A stretch of DNA of 63,687 nucleotides, the filler included, from Octopus bimaculoides (lineage: Eukaryota): the NCBI RefSeq assembly GCF_001194135.2. It is 9 parts of 8 records of this genome, joined end to end, with 100 filler letters (N's around TTAATTAATTAA, not from the genome) between each part and the next. Parts side by side here need not be neighbours in the genome. Positions count along the whole stretch, not along the records: positions 22,798 to 47,358 come from NC_068996.1; 8 more parts are not named here. One strand, written 5' to 3'. The translations under genes and the position numbers were made by a program. Shown in pieces: positions 25,201 to 37,238 of the stretch. Each line of letters begins with the position of its first letter. Positions within the stretch are counted from its first letter, which is position 1. The notes beneath the pieces are model-generated. The model worked only from the letters and a program-made list of their open reading frames with translations, searched no databases and was not told where the DNA came from.

Positions 25201-27715
25201 AATAATAATAATAATAATGATGATGATGATGATGAATGCCCGGATGCAGTACCAGGCAGTGGCTTTCATGGCTTCTGATCTTAATTTATTGGAAGTGTTA
25301 TCATGCACATTGTTTTGTCTTGGTATAAAAGATGGGCTACAGCAAATATTCTGCTTAATACCACAGATTTGCTTGTCAGTTGTTTGACCTTAACCAGTCC
25401 CTTGGTGGCTGACTATATGTGCATCTCTGATCATGAGCAGAAGTAGTGGGGGAGCATCATAGCCAAGTGTTGAGAGGAATTCTTTGGGGTTTGAATAATC
25501 CACCTTTGGAAACATAGGTGTTTTGCTCAACATCCTTAAACAAACCCTATTCAGGGACTTTTTGAGCAGGATGGGCTACTCGACCTNNNNNNNNNNNNNN
25601 NNNNNNNNNNNNNNNNNNNNNNNNNNNNNNNNNNNNNNNNNNNNNNNNNNNNNNNNNNNNNNNNNNNNNNNNNNNNNNNNNNNNNNNNNNNNNNNNNNNN
25701 NNNNNNNNNNNNNNNNNNNNNNNNNNNNNNNNNNNNNNNNNNNNNNNNNNNNNNNNNNNNNNNNNNNNNNNNNNNNNNNNNNNNNNNNNNNNNNNNNNNN
25801 NNNNNNNNNNNNNNNNNNNNNNNNNNNNNNNNNNNNNNNNNNNNNNNNNNNNNNNNNNNNNNNNNNNNNNNNNNNNNNNNNNNNNNNNNNNNNNNNNNNN
25901 NNNNNNNNNNNNNNNNNNNNNNNNNNNNNNNNNNNNNNNNNNNNNNNNNNNNNNNNNNNNNNNNNNNNNNNNNNNNNNNNNNNNNNNNNNNNNNNNNNNN
26001 NNNNNNNNNNNNNNNNNNNNNNNNTGGCACTCCGTCGCTTACGACGTCGAGGGTTCCAGTTGATCTGATCAACGGAACAGCCTGTTCGTGAAATTAACGT
26101 GCTAGTGGCTGAGCACACCACAGACACGTGTACCCATAACGTAGTTCTCGGGGATATTCAGCGTGACACAGTGTGACAAGGCTGACTCTTTCAATTACAG
26201 GCACAACAGAAACAGGAAGGAAGAGTGAGAGAAAGTTGTGGTGAAAGAGTACAGCAGGGTTCGTCACCATCCCCTGCCATAACCACTGGGCCATTGCGCC
26301 GAAGCATTGTGTTAACAACAAACAAGATGAGGACAAATATTATAAATGTTTATAAGTTCATCAGAAATCATAACTGTTTATAAGCATATATATACAGAAA
26401 TAGTTTTTGCAGACGGTATTTGAGAATAGAAAGCGTGTATTGCTTTGTCAAAAGTTCATCAGAAACCTTAACTGCTTATAAGGATTTTAGGGGAATGATC
26501 AACCTTTTTTCTTCATCTCAGTCTTGTATATGTGCTTTGCAAGGATGGTTGCTATTTTTAGAAATTGTATGGGAGGTTGGTTGGGAGCAGTCACATGATC
26601 TGATTTGTGGAATCAAAAGGATTTTTCTGTTTCTGAGCTAGTCTGTCATGGTTCGGTGGTTTTTGACTAGTCTTAGAGTTCACGATAGCGCGAGTGTGTG
26701 TTTGTGTGTGTATGGGTCTGTGTATGCGTGTGTTTTATATTTAGCAGGGTGGTGTGTGTGCATGTGTGCGATTTGTATTTGTCAGGGTGCTGCGTGTGTG
26801 CACGTGTGTGTATGTGTGTTTATATGTGTTTGTTCGTATGTGTGAGTGTGTGCGCGTGTGTATGTTTGTGTGCGATGTGTCGGTCAGGGTGGTGTGTTCG
26901 TGCAGGTGAGTATGATAAATAGATTTATTATTATTATTTATATATATATATATNNNNNNNNNNNNNNNNNNNNNNNNNNNNNNNNNNNNNNNNNNNNNNN
27001 NNNNNNNNNNNNNNNNNNNNNNNNNNNNNNNNNNNNNNNNNNNNNNNNNNNNNNNNNNNNNNNNNNNNNNNNNNNNNNNNNNNNNNNNNNNNNNNNNNNN
27101 NNNNNNNNNNNNNNNNNNNNNNNNNNNNNNNNNNNNNNNNNNNNNNNNNNNNNNNNNNNNNNNNNNNNNNNNNNNNNNNNNNNNNNNNNNNNNNNNNNNN
27201 NNNNNNNNNNNNNNNNNNNNNNNNNNNNNNNNNNNNNNNNNNNNNNNNNNNNNNNNNNNNNNNNNNNNNNNNNNNNNNNNNNNNNNNNNNNNNNNNNNNN
27301 NNNNNNNNNNNNNNNNNNNNNNNNNAAAACCTCGGCGTTTCGAAGAATTAAGGTTGTACGCATCGTTAAAATGGTTCTTCCCACGAACACAAATTAAATT
27401 GTTTTCATGGAGGGTAGTGGCGGACGGAAAACAAGACAGGAAAACGAAACGGTGAAATAAACAAACAAAAAGGCTGTACAGCCAGACGTGAAGTGTGTAT
27501 GTATTGAATGCTGTGAGGCACGAACTGAAGGAGCAAAGAAGTACGTGCGAGCTTGAGGAGTCCAAGAACGAAAATGAGCAACGAGAGGTAGAGAGGGAGA
27601 GAGGTAGTAGTAGTAACAGTGAGAGGCGAAGGACGAGCAGCGAGAGATATGGAGAGAGAGAGAGATAGTAGTGACAGGGAGAGGCGAAGAACAGTAGAGG
27701 GAAGAATGAGAGGGG

Positions 27716-27755
<40 letters not shown>

Positions 27756-28086
27756 TTCACTTCAACATCTAAATTTAAGTTGCCAAATCACTGACAAAAT
27801 ATAATTACGACAAAATATAATTATAACGATGAAGGGTACCAGCATGCTAGAAATAGAAGTCAGAACGACTCTAAACCATTAAAAGTCACTCAAAAGCACT
27901 GGTGAAAGCGAGGAAAATGAGCAAATAGGTAAGCTGCTTTTCTATTTGCTCATTTTTCTCGCATTCACCAGAGCATATGAGTGATTTTTAATGGTTTAGA
28001 GTTGTTTTGACTTCTATTTCTAGCTTGCTGGTACTATTCTAGTACCCTTTGTCATTATTATTATACACACATATATATATACATAC

Positions 28087-28121
<35 letters not shown>

Positions 28122-28129
28122 CTCTTTTA

Positions 28130-28310
28130 CTCTTTTACTTGTTTCAGTCATTTGACTGCGGCCATGCTGGAGCACTGCCTTTAGTCGAGCAAATCTTTGT
28201 AAGCCTAGTACTTATTCTATCGGTCTCTTTTGCCGAATCGCTAAATCACGGGAACGTAAACACACCAGCATCGGTTGTCAAGTGATGCTGGGGAGACAAA
28301 TACAGACACA
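28130..28310. mobile_element. SINE-like family D, representative copy
   Basis: TTTTACTTGTTTCAGTCATTTGACTGCGGCCATGCTGGAGCAC...CGTAAACACACCA. Also at 12495-12710 and 19775-19970, with opposite-strand ends near 17285-17340 and 60105-60185. Confidence 0.75.
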
Positions 28311-28344
28311 CACATATATATATACATATACATATATACACGAC

Positions 28345-28500
28345 GGGCTTCTTTCAGTTTCCGTCTACCAAATCCACCCACAAGGCTTTGGTCGGCCCGA
28401 GGCTATAATAGAAAACACTTGCCCAAGGTGCCACGCAGTGGGACTGAACCCAGAACCATGTCGTTGGTAAGCAAGTTACTTACCACACAGCCATTCCTGC
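28345..28500 (-). mobile_element. SINE family B (tRNA head plus CORE-like CCTTGGGCAAG), representative copy
   Basis: Plus-strand text CTTCTTTCAGTTTCCGTCTACCAAATCCAC..CAAGGCTTTGGTCGGCCCGAGGCTAT...CACTTGCCCAAGG. Other copies near 2255-2385, 6597-6745, 13275-13415, 20000-20100, 22300-22430, 50365-50520, 57560-57648, 58600-58735 and 59095-59230. Confidence 0.85.
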
Positions 28501-29066
28501 GCCTAATATATTATATATATGTGTATATATATATATATANNNNNNNNNNNNNNNNNNNNNNNNNNNNNNNNNNNNNNNNNNNNNNNNNNNNNNNNNNNNN
28601 NNNNNNNNNNNNNNNNNNNNNNNNNNNNNNNNNNNNNNNNNNNNNNNNNNNNNNNNNNNNNNNNNNNNNNNNNNNNNNNNNNNNNNNNNNNNNNNNNNNN
28701 NNNNNNNNNNNNNNNNNNNNNNNNNNNNNNNNNNNNNNNNNNNNNNNNNNNNNNNNNNNNNNNNNNNNNNNNNNNNNNNNNNNNNNNNNNNNNNNNNNNN
28801 NNNNNNNNNNNNNNNNNNNNNNNNNNNNNNNNNNNNNNNNNNNNNNNNNNNNNNNNNNNNNNNNNNNNNNNNNNNNNNNNNAATTATATTTTTTTATTAA
28901 TTTTTACCTGTATGGTTTTTAATGCATGCTAGCCTTTGATATTACTATTATTATTTTATATTATAATGATAATTTTATCCTTTTATATATGGCTGAAGTG
29001 AGGGTTCAGTAAAATAAAGCGTTGATCATGTTCTATGAACACAAATATGTCTTTTGTGGCCTACAG

Positions 29067-29228
29067 GTGCTTTGCAAACATTTTGGCAAAGGGAACAAGT
29101 TGAGGACTCAGTTTGCTCGAGTGTATGTGGATCATTTGCTATCAACATTGAGACGAACTTCGTGCAGCTGTGAAGACACGCTGACAAAACGTTGCTTCTC
29201 TAAATGGAAACTTAATCTGTCATTGTGA
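29067..29228 (+). CDS. Candidate terminal exon of an unknown gene
   Basis: Acceptor tcttttgtggcctacag|. Translates VLCKHFGKGNKLRTQFARVYVDHLLSTLRRTSCSCEDTLTKRCFSKWKLNLSL*. A minus-strand exon reading is also possible, so the call is ambiguous. Confidence 0.3.
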   Translation: MLCKHFGKGNKLRTQFARVYVDHLLSTLRRTSCSCEDTLTKRCFSKWKLNLSL

Positions 29229-29254
29229 CTCTGTAGCGCCAAGCAAAGAATTAG

Positions 29255-29560
29255 ATGCACCGCATGCAATTCTCTGGATATGACCAGAAAGATAAGGTTC
29301 GGGTATACAAAGGAACTAGAGAGAAGTTAGCATTATATGTAATGAAACCGGTGGTACCTGCCCTAAATACAGAAGTAAAGACTGGAATAGGATACAGAAA
29401 GTTTGTGACAAAGCAAACAGAGTGAACATATGGTACAAGGCCGACAAATATCAAAGAGAACTAGCCCGAAGATTTAGGAAAGCTCCGAAGGAGACCAAAA
29501 TCAACACTAAGATCGTTGAAAAGCCAGGAAGCTCCATTAGATCACAATTCACAGATCACA
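29255..29560 (+). mobile_element. Penelope-like element RT thumb/linker fragment
   Basis: Frameshifted RMQFSGYDQKDKVRVY...ELARRFRK...KIVEKPGSSIRSQF, resembling PLE RMQxSGY and KIVExxGxSL motifs. Confidence 0.55.
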
Positions 29561-30168
29561 CAGACCAACGTCCTGCTTTTTTTTTAAATACAGCTTAAAA
29601 AAAGGAAAACTATATTCAGTATATTAATCCCAGTTGTCTTGTTTTGCTTTTCTTTCCTTCTTTGGCTCCTGATATTTAATCGAGTTCCAAGATATTGCTG
29701 TTTTTTTTTTATTCAGGATCTAAGTCAGAATGATGAAACTGAAAATTCGGCAGTTAATCATTCTTGGCAACATTCCCGAGCAACAAACCCATCCTTTAGC
29801 ATGAAATATATTTAAGTGACGAGTTTTTTGGACCCATTTAGATAATAAATTGAGGTAAGGTAGAAAGATAGTATTTTCTTTACAGTGATTCAACGTCGTT
29901 CTACCATCTGTTACCGAACTGCTGTCAGCCCTACCTATATGCAGTCAGCAACATTACAGATGTTTTCTGAAAAGCAATGACCGTGGACGTCACGGTTAAC
30001 ATCTTTCTGACGGTCGTCTGAAACTTCAAAAAGTATCATCATCATTAGCACATATAATATATATATATATATATATATGGGAGAATATACAAATAATAAC
30101 AACAGACGAGGACAGGTGGTGTAAATAACAAAAGTATATATTAGTATGACGCTCGGGAATACGGAAAG

Positions 30169-30205
30169 TCTTTGACGTTTCGAGCTACGCTCTTCAACAG
30201 AAAGA
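30169..30205 (-). ncRNA. Minimal type I hammerhead ribozyme motif with an A6U core (Penelope pLTR type)
   Basis: Minus strand: UCUUU-CUGUUGA-A-GAGC(GUA)GCUC-GAAA-C-GUC-AAAGA. 5-bp stem I, 4-bp stem II, palindromic ACGU stem III, GUC cleavage triplet. Confidence 0.75.
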
Positions 30206-32269
30206 ATACGGAGACAAGGAGAAAAACACGGAGAAAAAAAATTGAATAGTATGAAACAATTCTTTTTATGACGTCAATGATACATACATACATAACACCT
30301 CAGAAAAGCAGCAGGCGATAACTTAATAACAACTAAACACACGGCGACCACTAAAGTGAAATTCGCTAGTAGGGAATGATTTTCCGATAAACATGAACTG
30401 ATCTGATCTGAAAAACGCTATACAAATAAGCAATGACAAAATTGAACAATCAACGAATAAGCAAGATAAACAACGACAACCGTAAAAAAAAACGCTTAAT
30501 AAAAGCATTAAAAATCAGCCAACGGAAAAGATATCCACAAGCAAAAGAAGGAAAGTGCTATGGGGTGTACAAAACCAGTCCAAGTACTAAAAGAAATTTC
30601 AACCTGAACATCGCAGTGGGTGGAATTCGCATAACGGACAAAAAAAAAATTAGTATGTGTATCTGTCTGTCTGTCCGTCTGTCTATCTCTGTCTGTCTGT
30701 CAGTGTGTGTATGTATGTATGTATGTATGTATGTAGGAGAATATACAAATAATAACAACAGACGAGGACAGGTGGTGTAAATAACAATGTATGTATGTGT
30801 GTGTGTGTATGAGTGCACGCGCAGGTATGTGTGTGCATATGTCTGTGTGTATACGTGTAGATGTATGTATATATGTTTGTATGTATATATGTTTGTATGT
30901 ATGTATGTTTATATGTAAGTATGTGTGTGTATATGTATGTATGTATGTAAAAGCGCGTTGCTTAGTGGCTAGAATATTCGGCTTACGATCACAAGGTTGG
31001 GAGTTCGATTCCCGGTGGTGCGTTGTTCTTGAGCAAGACACTTAATTTTACGTTTTTCCAACCCTCTCTGCTGACAAAAATGAGTAGTACGTATATTTTC
31101 GAAGGGCCAACCTTGTCACATCCTGTATCACGCTGAATCTCCCCGAGAACTACCGTAAGGGTATGCAAGTCTTATAGAGAGTCCAGCCACTTACACGTTA
31201 ATTTCACAAACAGGCTGCAAAAATTCTATGAAAAGCAAATTCGTATTCGATCGGAATTTCGTTTTCCTTCTATTGGGATATCAAGATTTATATGTTGTTA
31301 TTTGTTAATTTATTTAAATGATGAATCACTTGTCGTCGTAGCCAGTTATGCATCTATGTTGAGGTTTTTTATGCTCAGTGCATTCAGCATGGTACCACTC
31401 ATATGTAACTGCATGAAGAAATCATTTATATATGCAGCTACTAATACAACTGATATTGACCGATACATCATTGATGATATGGCTACGAACCAGCTAAAGG
31501 GCCAGGGTCATCAACATACCCTTAAAACATTCCAGAAAATTAAAAACATAATACCCCATATCATTCAATGCTGATATTTATATTTTCTAAGTGCCATATT
31601 CAGAGTAATCATATATAGTCTCTATAATCTTTGTACTCCGAAGAAAAAAAATATTAAATAAATACACTGAATTAATATATTCACTACGTAGAGGTAGGTA
31701 CTAAAAAACCTTAACACAGCAAATTGAAAAATTGAATAAAATCAATAGAGCAAACATTTCATTTTCATCCTCTTTTTTTTTCTCTTCATCTAATACCTAA
31801 TGCAATAATATGTATTAGAGTTAGCCCATCAGTTAAATAAATTAACAAATAACAACATATAAGTCTTGATATCCCAATAGAGGGAAAACGAAATTCCAAG
31901 CGAATATGCATTTGCTTTTCATATAATTTTCTGAGGTTTTTTTTGTTTTGTTTTTTGTCGGTCTTTTTTTTTTTCTTACATTTTCTTTCAAATGATATCT
32001 GTTTTATTCTCACTTCTTGAATAAATATTCTCAGTAACCATTAGCTAACAAGCGCAGACATATATAAATGGATGTAAGAATACTTCCAAATGAGCATACA
32101 GTAGCACAAGTATATATGTACCCATGAATATATTAAGCCGTCCAAATGAACAAGCTAATATACAGATAAATGCATACATATATTTTGTTGTGTCTAAGAA
32201 GAATCATTACGCTAATATTAATAATCAGTTTAAAAGAGTTCCTAAATTCACAAATACACAAATACACGG

Positions 32270-32655
32270 TGGAGGCGTAATGGCCCAGTGGTTAGGGCAG
32301 CGGACTCGCGGTCATAGGATCGCGGTTTCGATTCCCAGACTGGGCGTTGTGAGTGTTTATTGAGCGAAAACACCTAAAAGTCCCACGAGGCTCCGGCAGG
32401 TGATGGTGGCGAACCCTGCTGTACTCTTTCACCACAACTTTCTCTCACTCTTACTTCCTGTTTCTGTTGTGTCTGTAATTGAAAGGGTCAGCCTTGTCAC
32501 ACTGTGTCACGCTGAATATCCCCGAGAACTACGTTAAGGGTGCACGTGTCTGTGGAGTGCTCAGCCACTTGCACGTTAATTTCACGAGCAGGCTGTTCCG
32601 TTGATCGGATCAACTGGAACCCTCGACGTCGTAAGCGACGGAGTGCCAACAACAG
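32270..32655 (+). mobile_element. SINE family C (about 385 bp, tRNA head, (AAC)n tail)
   Basis: A box TGGCCCAGTGG and B box GGTTTCGATTCC; ends GACGGAGTGCCAACAAC. Partial copies at 26027-26280 (-) and 30955-31218 (+). Confidence 0.85.
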
Positions 32656-33589
32656 CAACACAAATACACGATGACGCTTAAATATGCACGTACGTGTATA
32701 CAGAAACATTTAGACAAAGTGATTATGCAGTGGTAATAAAGTCTTGCAGGTCGTCAACGAAGAAAAACACCTCAGGCGAGTGTTTCAGCCCTTATCTTTG
32801 AACATTCTAAGAGAGCCCTTCTGCTGAAACTTTTTAGCCACTTTGACATCGAAGACTTGCATGCATTTAAACCACTTGGCGATTTCATCTAATAGTAACT
32901 CTCCGTTGACCCAGCTTTCAAACTTTTACTTAAAGAAGAAATAACGTTGGTTGTCATGGTGGCTGTGAAACGTATGCATGCATGCATGTTTGTATGTATG
33001 TATGTATGTATGTATGTACATATATACTGCGAAAAAGGAGATATATGATGATCGTCAACTCGATTTTGAGTACATCCACTTTCTCACTGTGCCTGAGACT
33101 GCTTTCATGTCATTTCTACCATGGGCCTTCAGATAATCACCTAACCACCCAACCCTGGTTCATTTTACCTTTTTGTGACAAATGTAGCACATGTGGTCAA
33201 CAATCAATGCAACATTAGCTCCGCCCTAGTGAATTATTCCAAAATATATTTGCAGAGCGGCAATAGATCTGTGTAACTTTGGACATAAATGACAGTTATA
33301 TATGTTCCATGTTGTGCTCCAGATATTTGATCTTACATCGATAACAAATCCGACTTTTGAAAGCATAATACATACTGCTCAAGTGAGATTATCCCTAGAT
33401 TTTTCCGTGTTCGAGCATTACCTTTTCACTATTTGATGGGAAGTTTTAATCTTCTCTAACTGTAGGCTCTTATTCCTCTATATAGACTGTTATTCACTTC
33501 TGTTCGTGCAAGTTGTTCCCAACGAGCTGTGGTGATATTCAAGGTTGTTTGTTCTTCACATCTCAAAATCTATTTGATTTATGCTATGG

Positions 33590-33945
33590 ACACTTACCAA
33601 AACTACTAAGTAATCTCTTTGGAAGCCTGAAGTCATCAAGACATGACATGACCAGTCCATGACCGCTGGTACATGATGACATTTATATTCACCGTGTCAA
33701 AGGCTTTCGCTAGATCAACGAAAATGTAAAGATCTCTCCTATATGCTCTTCTCTGGCATATGTTTAATGCTAATGAACATATCTCCGCTGCGACTACTCG
33801 ATTTAAGTCCACATTGAATCTCTGGTACAAGAAAATACCACGAACTTTATCACATTTAAACTTGGCACCTTTTCCCTTCTCCAGGGAAATCAGTGTAGCA
33901 TCTCCCCAACCCCCATGGAATTCCAGAACCATTCCATGCGTTGAC
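33590..33945 (-). mobile_element. RTE-clade LINE remnant with an internal deletion
   Basis: WGDATLISLEKGKG..KCDKVRGIFL, then YIFVDLAKAFDTVN fused to QRSWTGHV..DDFRLPKRLL. Confidence 0.7.
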
Positions 33946-34017
33946 AATAAATGTAGATACAAGATCCGATTCTACATCCCCACCATGCTTAATAACTTCA
34001 GCAATATACAATTAGCT

Positions 34018-34235
34018 AAAGCGGTGACTTGGCAGAATCGTTAGTACGCCAGGCGAAATGCTTAGCGGTATTTCTTCTGTCTTTACGTTCTGAGTTCAAA
34101 TTCCACCGAGGTCGACTTAGCCTTTCATCCTTTCGGGGTCGATAAATTAAGTATCAGCTGCATACTGGGGTCGATCTAATCGACTCCCCCCCCCCCGCAA
34201 AAAAAATTTCGGGCCTTGTACCTAGAGTAGAAAAG
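34018..34235 (+). mobile_element. Full-length SINE family A with a 15-bp TSD
   Basis: TGGCAGAATCGTTAG...GAGTTCAAATTCC...GAGGTCGACTTAGCCTTTCATCCTTTCGGGGTCGATAAA, with A/B-box-like motifs. TSD AATATACAATTAGCT at 34003-34017 and 34236-34250. Confidence 0.9.
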
Positions 34236-34659
34236 AATATACAATTAGCTCCGGAGATGGTCTACTTAATGACAATTTTGATTACATTTACGCTAGGATC
34301 TATCACCCTTTTCTTCGTTAATACACTAGGATTTATCATCCTTTTCTTCATTAAGTCTTCTCTATGTTCCTGTCTATTGTCGATATATTACGAAAAAACA
34401 TCTGTGAAATACTCTATCCATATTTCCAGAAAGCCTTCACTATCGTTGATCAAAATCGATCCATCTATGGAACAAAGATGAGCAGTATTTGAGGACCATA
34501 TATTTTATTTTAACTATCTATATATTGTTTTGGAGTCTTTTTTTTTAAAACAAATTGTTAAACATGTTCGGATTCGTTCAACCATTTCATGTTCTTCGGT
34601 TAATCTTCAGCCTCCTCCGTAAAGTCAAATTATGGTGTGGGTAATCAATGACTATGTAT

Positions 34660-34689
34660 GTATGCATGTATGTATGTATGTATGTATGT

Positions 34690-34761
<72 letters not shown>

Positions 34762-34798
34762 GTAGGTAGGTAGGTAGGTAGGTAGGTATATACACTCC

Positions 34799-34872
<74 letters not shown>

Positions 34873-34885
34873 GATAGATAGATAT
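34660..34885. repeat. Compound microsatellite (TATG)n(GATA)n(GGTA)n(GATA)n
   Basis: Read directly from the sequence. Confidence 0.95.
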
Positions 34886-35548
34886 AAATAGACGAATCGC
34901 TAAATTTATGAATAACTACCTTAGGAGTTTATTAGTTAAGTGACTCAATTATATAGGGAATCCTGCTGTCAGACATAATGAATTTAAGGCAATTTGTCGG
35001 ATACAATAGCTTTTGATCGTATTTTTACCAAAAATAACTACAATTTGAAAATATGTAGGTATAATTTATATATGAAGGAGTTTTAGTGAGTAATCGGTGA
35101 TTGTATTCTAGACGTAATCTTAGAGATTAACGACAACATACTGAGAAGATATATACGATCAGTTTTATTGTTTTGCTGTTTTACCCCTTGTTTTAGTTTG
35201 GTCTAACTTCCGGCATGTGTTTCATATAATCCCCATTGAAGTTAGTAAATATAGTAGTAACTCAATAGGTTGGACCTATACACAAAATGAAATTATCTCT
35301 TATATATTATATTATATTATATTATATTATATTATATTATATTATATTATATTATATTATGTTATATTATACTATATTAAATATTATCCCCGGAATGTCG
35401 TATAGGTGTTAATTAGATTTGTAACAACTTATCTCTCATATGTATTATACTTAAAATATATACCTTTAGTATATCTCTTTAACCCTTTATTCCGATATGT
35501 ACACATATGTATATGTTATGAGTATGTACGTGTGTGTATATGTGTATG

Positions 35549-35621
<73 letters not shown>

Positions 35622-36682
35622 NNNNNNNNNNNNNNNNNNNNNNNNNNNNNNNNNNNNNNNNNNNNNNNNNNNNNNNNNNNNNNNNNNNNNNNNNNNNNNN
35701 NNNNNNNNNNNNNNNNNNNNNNNNNNNNNNNNNNNNNNNNNNNNNNNNNNNNNNNNNNNNNNNNNNNNNNNNNNNNNNNNNNNNNNNNNNNNNNNNNNNN
35801 NNNNNNNNNNNNNNNNNNNNNNNNNNNNNNNNNNNNNNNNNNNNNNNNNNNNNNNNNNNNNNNNNNNNNNNNNNNNNNNNNNNNNNNNNNNNNNNNNNNN
35901 NNNNNNNNNNNNNNNNNNNNNNNNNNNNNNNNNNNNNNNNNNNNNNNNNNNNNNNNNNNNNNNNNNNNNNNNNNNNNNNNNNNNNNNNNNNNNNNNNNNN
36001 NNNNNNNNNNNNNNNNNNNNNNNNNNNNNNNNNNNNNNNNNNNNNNNNNNNNNNNNNNNNNNNNNNNNNNNNNNNNNNNNNNNNNNNNNNNNNNNNNNNN
36101 NNNNNNNNNNNNNNNNNNNNNNNNNNNNNNNNNNNNNNNNNNNNNNNNNNNNNNNNNNNNNNNNNNNNNNNNNNNNNNNNNNNNNNNNNNNNNNNNNNNN
36201 NNNNNNNNNNNNNNNNNNNNNNNNNNNNNNNNNNNNNNNNNNNNNNNNNNNNNNNNNNNNNNNNNNNNNNNNNNNNNNNNNNNNNNNNNNNNNNNNNNNN
36301 NNNNNNNNNNNNNNNNNNNNNNNNNNNNNNNNNNNNNNNNNNNNNNNNNNNNNNNNNNNNNNNNNNNNNNNNNNNNNNNNNNNNNNNNNNNNNNNNNNNN
36401 NNNNNNNNNNNNNNNNNNNNNNNNNNNNNNNNNNNNNNNNNNNNNNNNNNNNNNNNNNNNNNNNNNNNNNNNNGTATAAAAACAATAATAATTGATTCAT
36501 TTGTGTGTATGTATGGACATTTATGTATGTACATTTAAATATACATATATGTATTAATGTATTTATGTTTATTTATATTTATTTATGTATATCTATGTAT
36601 ATGTTAAAGGATGCATATATATGTGGGGTTTTACGGTTTTTCTATTTTTCTATTTTTAACTTAACCTTATGAACTTTATAAA

Positions 36683-36804
36683 ATCTCTGAAGAGGCCTAG
36701 AGAATCATCCATGTACCTCTATTTCATCTATTAATTACTTCAGTCTACCGGAGTGATAAAGATAGAATGAGGCATGTCACTCTGGACTGAAACAGCTGTA
36801 AGAT
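36683..36804 (+). ncRNA. Type I hammerhead motif with a large stem II insertion
   Basis: AUCU-CUGAAGA-GGCCUAGAG...CUCUGGACU-GAAA-CAGCUGUA-AGAU. ACAGCUGU is a palindrome; GUA cleavage triplet. Confidence 0.6.
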
Positions 36805-37238
36805 ATTATCCCATTTTCTGTCACTATATGTCATTTTTATAATTACTGATATGACATAATATGTCACATGTGTTTGTATATTGTTATTATTGTCCTTTTA
36901 GTAAATAAACAAGTAAATTGACATAATACAATGTCTGAGAGTTGATGAATATCACCTATTAATCCCCTCCATTTTCTTATTGCTATATAAATTAATGGTA
37001 AAATAACTTTTTACCCGAACCCATTTATTGCACTTGGTAATATAATTGCCATGCAATGAAAAAACACTAGTGTAATAATAATAGGGTATTCTTCCAGCAG
37101 CGTATTGGATAGATTTTATTCCTTAGTGGGTTGGATTCACAACCCCTAACTTTCTTAGATAATATATAATTGAAATTTACAGAAAAACAAAAACCAAAGA
37201 CAGGTGTATTAGTTTGACGCTCGGGAAAGTGAGAAAGA

